In this document: positions 1-6,568 of the stretch, in pieces
Numbering within the stretch: position 1 is the stretch's first letter
Layout of the letters: every line of letters begins with the position of its first letter
Source: Paramoeba atlantica
Lineage: Eukaryota > Protista > Discosea
Assembly: GCA_977017575.1 (NCBI GenBank)
Contig: CDRNVI010000038.1
Coordinates: 62,001 to 126,000, forward strand
Direction of reading: 5' to 3'
Length of the DNA stretch: 64,000 bases
Program-made: the position numbers and the translations under genes
The notes under the pieces: model-generated
What the model was told of the DNA's origin: nothing
Seen by the model: the letters and a program-made list of their open reading frames with translations, nothing else
The model's database searches: none

Positions 1-228
1 GGGAGCCTCTCCGGCGATCTTGGCGGCTCTTTTTGCCCAGTGTTTGGGGATATGTTTGGGAATCGGTGTTGTGTACAAGAGTTCATCGTAGGAGCTCTGA
101 CCGGGAATTAAATGTGCGTTTCCTGCAAATTGGTCCCAAGCACCCGTGTTGTGCGAAATTTCTTCCTGACGGAAAGAGTCGTCGTCCATGGGTACTGCAT
201 TCGCATCGAAGAGGTCGTCGTGTGGCAT
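1..228 (-). CDS. Unknown ORF (5' part, runs off window) downstream of an SL-like sequence
   Basis: ATG at 228, 76 open codons to the window edge (MPHDDLFDANAVPM...), 44 nt after the SL-like 3' end; no recognisable motif. Confidence 0.4.
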   Translation of the reverse strand, partial: MPHDDLFDANAVPMDDDSFRQEEISHNTGAWDQFAGNAHLIPGQSSYDELLYTTPIPKHIPKHWAKRAAKIAGEAP

Positions 229-272
229 GGTGAGACCCTGCTAGGGAAAATAGTGGGTTAATAAAAATAATT

Positions 273-309
273 CAACAAGGTACAGAAACTGTATCTTTAT
301 CGTTACTTT
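273..309 (-). other. Spliced-leader (mini-exon)-like exon sequence, not followed by an intron GT
   Basis: AAAGTAACGATAAAGATACAGTTTCTGTACCTTGTTG shares TAACG, TACAGTTTCTGTAC and terminal TTG with kinetoplastid/diplonemid SL exons; followed by AATT, so not an SL RNA gene. Confidence 0.8.
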
Positions 310-534
310 ATCGTTTTTTTTTTTTTTTTTTTTTTTTTTGCGTGGTCTCAGCTTTCGGTTTTCAGAAAATATCACTTTTTTTTTCAATCAATCAAAACTT
401 TCAGCTGTGTAGGTCTACGAATTGATAGAACCTAGCCATGCGGCCTTTGGTAGGCTGTCGCGTAATTGCGTGATATAGTCTCCTAAATTTCCTCTCGTAT
501 ATTTCTTTATAAGTATACTTATAAAGAAATCAAC

Positions 535-1653
535 TTAATATGCACTTGCGTACATCCCAGTCTTGCCTTGCGAACTTCCCAGAAACTGGCGTAACTGGGC
601 GTAGACTTCGTTTCCATTTAAGTCTTGGAGTAATAACTTGAAGTCCATCTCCACTGTCTTCCTATCCAACATGGCTGCATCCGCAAGTGCATGTATCAGA
701 AATCTTGTGTTCTGGTGGAGAGAACCGCAAGAAAAGATCGGAAGGCATTGAAACGCGAACTCTGGAATCATACCGGTTGTAACGTAGGTATCTTTCTTCC
801 GTTTAATTACGTCTTGCATTAGTTTCACGCAAGTTTTAGATTGGTTCGATGGCGCAAGCTCGTGTATTATAGACACGTCGTAGAAGATTTCTCCGGTGCT
901 CCAGAAAATGGCCAGATCCGGCCCCGATCGGTATAGCTGTCGACCGGTGCAACATTTTTCATGAGTCATTTTATTCTCGGGTTCGACCTTTCGGCTACAC
1001 ACACCACACCGCCACGTACTGAAGGCTCGCGGCTCTTTTTCACACGGTATCCCCGCCTTATTGGCTAAGTCGAACAGGTATTTCACCAAGCTATTATGTT
1101 TTGTTGTGGCATTAAAACCGTAGCACTGCACGCATCCAGGTATGTGGTGTAGAGCAGATTGACTGTTCAGTATTGTTTTGCACCCGGGGCATAACAGCTT
1201 CTCAGGTAGACGAGGATGGGCTATTCCTAACCGCGTCATAATGGCCATCTCGAAGTGTCGCGATGGGACGAATCTAGCGGCAGACGTTAACCAGTCGTAA
1301 CTTCCCTTGCGAGTAGTGGCGCTCAGTATTTTGGAAATATTTGGATTCTGTCTCAGTCTCTCCAGTACTTCCTCATGCTCTAAGGCTGCGATCGTTTTGT
1401 CATCTGTCGGGGGCTTTCGGTTTTGACCTTCGTTGGCAAGCGCTATATGATTTTCCACTGATCCACTCTGAGCAGAAAAGGATTTTTGTCGCTCATATGA
1501 GGAATACAATGAAGCTTCATACGCTGCTGCGCGAATTTTACTGCAGGACGTCAAACCTAAACCTCCCTTTTTCGCTGGTAACCGAGCCATCTCGATCTGA
1601 TTCGCCGTTAGGGATCCAAGCCATGTGCTCAAAACGTCTTCAACTTTCTCATC
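535..1653 (-). CDS. Family A1 C-terminal part: thumb, CCHC finger, restriction-like endonuclease
   Basis: LPAKKGGLG, CPGC..HHIPGC, KH, GPD..YDVSIIH motifs. Confidence 0.88.
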   Translation of the reverse strand, partial: DEKVEDVLSTWLGSLTANQIEMARLPAKKGGLGLTSCSKIRAAAYEASLYSSYERQKSFSAQSGSVENHIALANEGQNRKPPTDDKTIAALEHEEVLERLRQNPNISKILSATTRKGSYDWLTSAARFVPSRHFEMAIMTRLGIAHPRLPEKLLCPGCKTILNSQSALHHIPGCVQCYGFNATTKHNSLVKYLFDLANKAGIPCEKEPRAFSTWRCGVCSRKVEPENKMTHEKCCTGRQLYRSGPDLAIFWSTGEIFYDVSIIHELAPSNQSKTCVKLMQDVIKRKKDTYVTTGMIPEFAFQCLPIFSCGSLHQNTRFLIHALADAAMLDRKTVEMDFKLLLQDLNGNEVYAQLRQFLGSSQGKTGMYASAY

Positions 1654-1928
1654 AGAAATCCACGGCGAGGGCATCCGGACATTAACATAATCAAATCACG
1701 AATATGATAAAGTAAAGAAGTATCTAATTGAAAACATAGCTAATGTTGAACGTCTACTTCTCGTTATGCTATGGTTCCTCTTATGATGCTAGTAGATTTC
1801 TCCTATTGCTGAATAACGCGCTGTATAAATATTCAAAAAGGGGCCCTGGTACCACACAATTAAACTCAGAATGTTGAAGAAAAGGGAATACTTTGTGAAG
1901 GGGCTTAGCCCCCCACGCTCCGCAGCCG
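1654..1928 (-). repeat. YR1 repeat B2 (copy of B1 at 2163-2437)
   Basis: 275-bp direct repeat, offset 509. Confidence 0.95.
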
Positions 1929-1950
1929 TGGCTGGGGGTTGGTGGGTGGG

Positions 1951-2163
1951 CTTCGAAAACGTGTAAATAAACTTTGAAGAATAGCCTTCACACAACACAA
2001 AATCAACAAACAGAACAATATTTCTACCAGAAACAATACATACATATTATCAATAATTTCACTTGAAATGTAATCATATAAAAGCTTAAAATACAGCGCG
2101 TACAATGCCCGCCGGCCACGTAAGTAAATAGCCCTCGCCTAAATTTCTTACCGTAAACTTTTA
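1951..2163 (-). repeat. YR1 repeat A2 (copy of A1 at 6422-6569 plus 65 nt)
   Basis: Matches 6422-6569 except for the extra segment 2079-2143. Confidence 0.93.
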
Positions 2164-2626
2164 GAAATCCACGGCGAGGGCATCCGGACATTAACATAAT
2201 CAAATCACGAATATGATAAAGTAAAGAAGTATCTAATTGAAAACATAGCTAATGTTGAACGTCTACTTCTCGTTATGCTATGGTTCCTCTTATGATGCTA
2301 GTAGATTTCTCCTATTGCTGAATAACGCGCTGTATAAATATTCAAAAAGGGGCCCTGGTACCACACAATTAAACTCAGAATGTTGAAGAAAAGGGAATAC
2401 TTTGTGAAGGGGCTTAGCCCCCCACGCTCCGCAGCCGCCAACCCGCTCACTCGTAATGAATTCCTTGTCACTGGTAACTAAAATCACTACCTGTATGAAG
2501 AATGCTCGAAAATTGACCAGACTTTCGTAGCGTCTCCAAAACCTAAACGAAACTATTTTTTTTTTTTTTTTTTTTTTATTATTATTCTATATAAACTAAA
2601 TTTCATATAAATACGGTTGAATCGAA

Positions 2627-5299
2627 CTATCGTGCAAAATTCCTACTGACCGGGTCTGCCGGGTTGTCTTTCGTTGAGACGTAATCGGCCTTGATGCAGA
2701 CGCCCCGGTCCTTCGCCCATTGCAAAACCTTACCGAGTTGGTTTGATATTCCTCCTGATTTTGAAATTTTTCTGTTTAGCGCTGCTTGGCACGAAGTGTT
2801 ATCTACCCATAATTGCAAGCACGTGCCCCGGGTGAAATGTCTCTCCAACTTCTGGAGGGAAAGTCTAACGGCTGTCGCTTCTGCCCTATTTACTTCGTAT
2901 TGCCAAGAGGATTTCCATTGCCCCCCCACGATGATCACTTCGCCTGAATCGAGGTAGAGGATGCCTCCCCATCCTTTCGCTGAGGCGTCTGTATACAAAT
3001 TATGCTCCCGGGGAGCTATTTCAGGATGCGGGAGAGGTTCAACCGGTATGTTCCTAACAAGTTCATTTCGCCACTGCCGTAGCATATCTCGTATTTTGTT
3101 CGGTAGATCCACTACCTCTTCGGCCATCTCCGGCATGCGGTTTAACAAGTTTATGCGGCGTTGACATATTTTAAGGGCGAAATAGTATTTTGGAATAATA
3201 ATTCCCACTACTGAGGAGCAGTACAGGAGGCGCCCCACCGTCGCCTCGAGCTCCAGAAATGTAGTACGTGTAAATTGATCCTTCTCCAATTTTGCGACAA
3301 CTTTGGGTCCCAGGTTGACCTTGTGTACGCGATGGTCGTACCTAACACCGTTAAATACGTACTCCTTCATGGGAAGGAGTCCCGAGTCTTTAAAGCGCGA
3401 TCCTGTCTCTTGCTCGCGGTCATCAACCCATTTCTTGTACTGACAGGCCTGCTGATCTGTACCAGCAAACCGTACACCGTCCACGTAGATATCTAATGCG
3501 CCTTGTGAAAAGGTTGATTTACAGTATCCCTTCATACCGGCGATCGTAGCCGTGACTGTGTGCATCAATTCCGGGGCGCACCGATGCCCCATCGGCAAAA
3601 CGCGCATTTCATACAACACCCCCGTGTCTGAATAAAACCGAAATTTTTGACGACATTCCTGCGGAATCGAGATTTGATAAAAACCACATACTAGGTCCCT
3701 CTTCAGACCTGACTGCGCCTTAACTCTATGCAAATATTTAGATGGATGTAGTAGGGGTACCTGAGGAACGTATTCACTCAGCCGAGCGTTGTCAGAACGC
3801 GTCCAAGAAATAAATCGTCGACGTTGCTTGCCCTCATCGTCCGTTTCAATTACCGTGAAAGGAACCAGAAATTGCATTGAGGGACGTTTGTTTTCTTCCT
3901 TTTCGGATACCGCAGAAATAATACCATGCTTAAGTAAGAGCTCGTGATCTGTATGGCTCAAACTTCCTTTCATACGAGGAGATGTTTCAGGGCAAGATGG
4001 CATGCGTAATAATTCTTTCCAAACCTGTTCGAATCTTGAGGCGGTAGCTGTAGACATCCAGCTTCGAATTTTATTCATGTCAATAGTTGGAACTCCCGGC
4101 TTGACGTGTAACGGAATATGAAAGTCCTTCGGCTTTGCTAACTTAGAACTCCGGCGTGCACAAACTAATGTATGTCGTTTTAAGTAAGGGACTTCTTTAT
4201 AACACTCTTGCATTTCTACTGGAGAAAGGGTCCGGGCAATCGCGCTGACACTCGGTGCGTACCCAGTGCTCTTGCTGTCGTCAACTGCTGAGCATTGTAT
4301 CGGAGAAGACTCTCTAAGCTCAGATGCTTTGTGAGGATTTGCACCTCCGACAAGTTGAGGTGGCCGTTGGCGACTTCCTGAAGTAGATACGTTACAGCCC
4401 CCAGTTTTATAGAGTGGGTGCCATACCCGTTTCCTAGCACCCTTCTTATTTCGTGGTACATCTCTCGAACTGTGGTCCTGCACAGTTTTTGGTTTTTCGG
4501 AAGGCGTCTCAAGTAATTCGCTATTTGCTCTGTCCCCGGTCCTGATATTATGGCGTGCATGTATGGGCGGTATGGATTGAGACGTGTTGTCTTTGTGCTT
4601 CTTCCCCAATAAATCACGATTTCCTGCTCGGCAATGCTCAGAAATTGGTCGGCCTGTAGCTCGGCGACTTCCGTCCAGCGCGCTGCAGCCTTCCAGCAAA
4701 TCAAGATTGCGATGGCCTGTGATGGCGTGACGCTTTTGTAAAGTTTCGTTAGCAGATACTGTGTTAGAGGTTGCATCTGTCGATGAGGTTCGAGAGCTCC
4801 CTGCGCTTGCAGCGCCTTTGAGTATAATTTCAGAGGAATTGTGTTTTCGTTCATTAGAGTGTACATCGTATGCAACCCGCGGGCGTACGCTAATCTTGTC
4901 GACATTGCCAATTTTTGTGCATCGAGGAATAAAACGGCGTTGAGAGCGGAAGGCTGTATCATTTTTACTCGACAAAAGTCCTCCATTCGACTCCATATTG
5001 CCTCTCTCGACCTCCACGTAGTGTGAGCCCACATGGGACGAATTGCGTCTCGTAACACCGGAGCGTTCGCGTCCTCGGTCTGGATCCCTAACATTTTGTT
5101 TGTCAACATAACGCGTCTCACTCTTGCTGTCATCGGCAACTCGGCGCGGTTCGAACTTCTCTTCACACATATATGATCCGTCAAGCTTGCGTTTTGACTT
5201 GTCTGTGTCACGAGTAACGGCCTCCTGGCCCTCTTCTGATTTCCGTCGGTGCTCACATATCGAGCACCGTTCCATACAAACTTTATGCGCGAAGCGCAC
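2627..5299 (-). CDS. YR1 reverse transcriptase-RNase H (frame open upstream to about 5508)
   Basis: RDLVCGFYQ, LPMG, YVDG; RNase H TDAS..GWG, NRAE, VDNTS, NPAD..SR; listed start is GTG. Confidence 0.92.
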   Translation of the reverse strand: MRFAHKVCMERCSICEHRRKSEEGQEAVTRDTDKSKRKLDGSYMCEEKFEPRRVADDSKSETRYVDKQNVRDPDRGRERSGVTRRNSSHVGSHYVEVERGNMESNGGLLSSKNDTAFRSQRRFIPRCTKIGNVDKISVRPRVAYDVHSNERKHNSSEIILKGAASAGSSRTSSTDATSNTVSANETLQKRHAITGHRNLDLLEGCSALDGSRRATGRPISEHCRAGNRDLLGKKHKDNTSQSIPPIHARHNIRTGDRANSELLETPSEKPKTVQDHSSRDVPRNKKGARKRVWHPLYKTGGCNVSTSGSRQRPPQLVGGANPHKASELRESSPIQCSAVDDSKSTGYAPSVSAIARTLSPVEMQECYKEVPYLKRHTLVCARRSSKLAKPKDFHIPLHVKPGVPTIDMNKIRSWMSTATASRFEQVWKELLRMPSCPETSPRMKGSLSHTDHELLLKHGIISAVSEKEENKRPSMQFLVPFTVIETDDEGKQRRRFISWTRSDNARLSEYVPQVPLLHPSKYLHRVKAQSGLKRDLVCGFYQISIPQECRQKFRFYSDTGVLYEMRVLPMGHRCAPELMHTVTATIAGMKGYCKSTFSQGALDIYVDGVRFAGTDQQACQYKKWVDDREQETGSRFKDSGLLPMKEYVFNGVRYDHRVHKVNLGPKVVAKLEKDQFTRTTFLELEATVGRLLYCSSVVGIIIPKYYFALKICQRRINLLNRMPEMAEEVVDLPNKIRDMLRQWRNELVRNIPVEPLPHPEIAPREHNLYTDASAKGWGGILYLDSGEVIIVGGQWKSSWQYEVNRAEATAVRLSLQKLERHFTRGTCLQLWVDNTSCQAALNRKISKSGGISNQLGKVLQWAKDRGVCIKADYVSTKDNPADPVSRNFAR

Positions 5300-5373
5300 A
5301 AGTATCCTGGCAATTTCGCTCGCTGCCTCTTCAAGGCTCGAGCACGAGTAGGAATTTTTGGGGTGGGGGACAA
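4216..5373 (-). CDS. YR1 tyrosine recombinase
   Basis: AAARW (Arg I), STKT (Lys), HSIK, TKH..LLRY; in frame with gag; listed start is TTG. Confidence 0.88.
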   Translation of the reverse strand: MSPTPKIPTRARALKRQRAKLPGYLCASRIKFVWNGARYVSTDGNQKRARRPLLVTQTSQNASLTDHICVKRSSNRAELPMTARVRRVMLTNKMLGIQTEDANAPVLRDAIRPMWAHTTWRSREAIWSRMEDFCRVKMIQPSALNAVLFLDAQKLAMSTRLAYARGLHTMYTLMNENTIPLKLYSKALQAQGALEPHRQMQPLTQYLLTKLYKSVTPSQAIAILICWKAAARWTEVAELQADQFLSIAEQEIVIYWGRSTKTTRLNPYRPYMHAIISGPGTEQIANYLRRLPKNQKLCRTTVREMYHEIRRVLGNGYGTHSIKLGAVTYLLQEVANGHLNLSEVQILTKHLSLESLLRYNAQQLTTARALGTHRVSARLPGPFLQ

Positions 5374-5376
5374 TCC

Positions 5377-6420
5377 CTATTGGATCGTCCGTCTTTCGCC
5401 GCGACGGAACGTTGTCTGCGTCTGTGCAGCGCCACTCGCCACCCCCCGGGAGAAAACCGGTTGACGTAGCTGGGGACAGTTCGCCCGTATATGCCCAGGA
5501 GCACGACAGTTATAGCACAGTTGCTGCTGCCCTTGGCGACGATTTATACGTGTTTGCTTCAATTGCTCTTCGAGCATCGTTTTACCATAAACGTCTTCGG
5601 GGGTAGAGACCTGGTGGAGTCTTTGCTGTACGCGCTCTACCGGCGCACCCGCAGCAGCCCAGTAATGATTACGGAGTTCTTCAATCAAGCCAGTTGCAAT
5701 TTCATAAAAATATCCTGTTGACCAGTCTTGCAGCTGACGAGCTGCGTAGATCCACTTTGTCAGAAGTTGGAACAGTCGTTCTCGCGCAGGCGGGGGATTA
5801 AAACGAACTCCTAACTCCGGGGTGTCCCGTAACTCGCGGATCAACTCACGCGGTTTAAACTCATCTTCTGACTCCACCCAAGGGCCCCACGTCTTCGGAA
5901 TCACCGGGGAAAAATCCTTGGGGCCCGACACCGGTACGCGCGCGATGGAAGTTACAGGGTTTTCCACATGCTCCCCCCCGGGCATCCTGGCCTGGACCTT
6001 CGCAAGTTCGATGGAGAAATAGTGTATGTCAGGAAACGGAAACCCGTACTCAACATCAGGCTCGTCGTCCCACCGGGCCTTCAACTCACTCCCCACCGGG
6101 TCTTCGGGATTGAGAAAATAAACTCGTCCCGTGACAGTGTGGCGCGCGTTGTCGTCCTTGTGTCCCCAAATAGCGCGAATCCATACGCGGTGGACCCGGG
6201 TAAGTAAAAAACGGACTTTTTGCGAAAAATCGGACTTTGCGGAATCACTAAGCGGGGTCGCTATATCCTCTCCTTGCAATATACCCTCAACCTGGTCAGG
6301 GTTGAGAGTATGACGGGTCGCCCGAGGAGAACTGCGAGGAGACTCAGGAGGTACCGGATCAGGGCTGCGTGCACGTCCGAGTGATATCGCTCTAGAAACC
6401 GCGCTCACAATGCGTGACAT
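5377..6420 (-). CDS. YR1 gag-like protein with CCHC zinc knuckle
   Basis: ATG 1 nt after repeat A1; CYNCRAPGHIRANC. Confidence 0.88.
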   Translation of the reverse strand: MSRIVSAVSRAISLGRARSPDPVPPESPRSSPRATRHTLNPDQVEGILQGEDIATPLSDSAKSDFSQKVRFLLTRVHRVWIRAIWGHKDDNARHTVTGRVYFLNPEDPVGSELKARWDDEPDVEYGFPFPDIHYFSIELAKVQARMPGGEHVENPVTSIARVPVSGPKDFSPVIPKTWGPWVESEDEFKPRELIRELRDTPELGVRFNPPPARERLFQLLTKWIYAARQLQDWSTGYFYEIATGLIEELRNHYWAAAGAPVERVQQRLHQVSTPEDVYGKTMLEEQLKQTRINRRQGQQQLCYNCRAPGHIRANCPQLRQPVFSRGVASGAAQTQTTFRRGERRTIQ

Positions 6421-6568
6421 TCTTCGAAAACGTGTAAATAAACTTTGAAGAATAGCCTTCACACAACACAAAATCAACAAACAGAACAATATTTCTACCA
6501 GAAACAATACATACATATTATCAATAATTTCACTTGAAATGTAATCATATTTCTTACCGTAAACTTTT

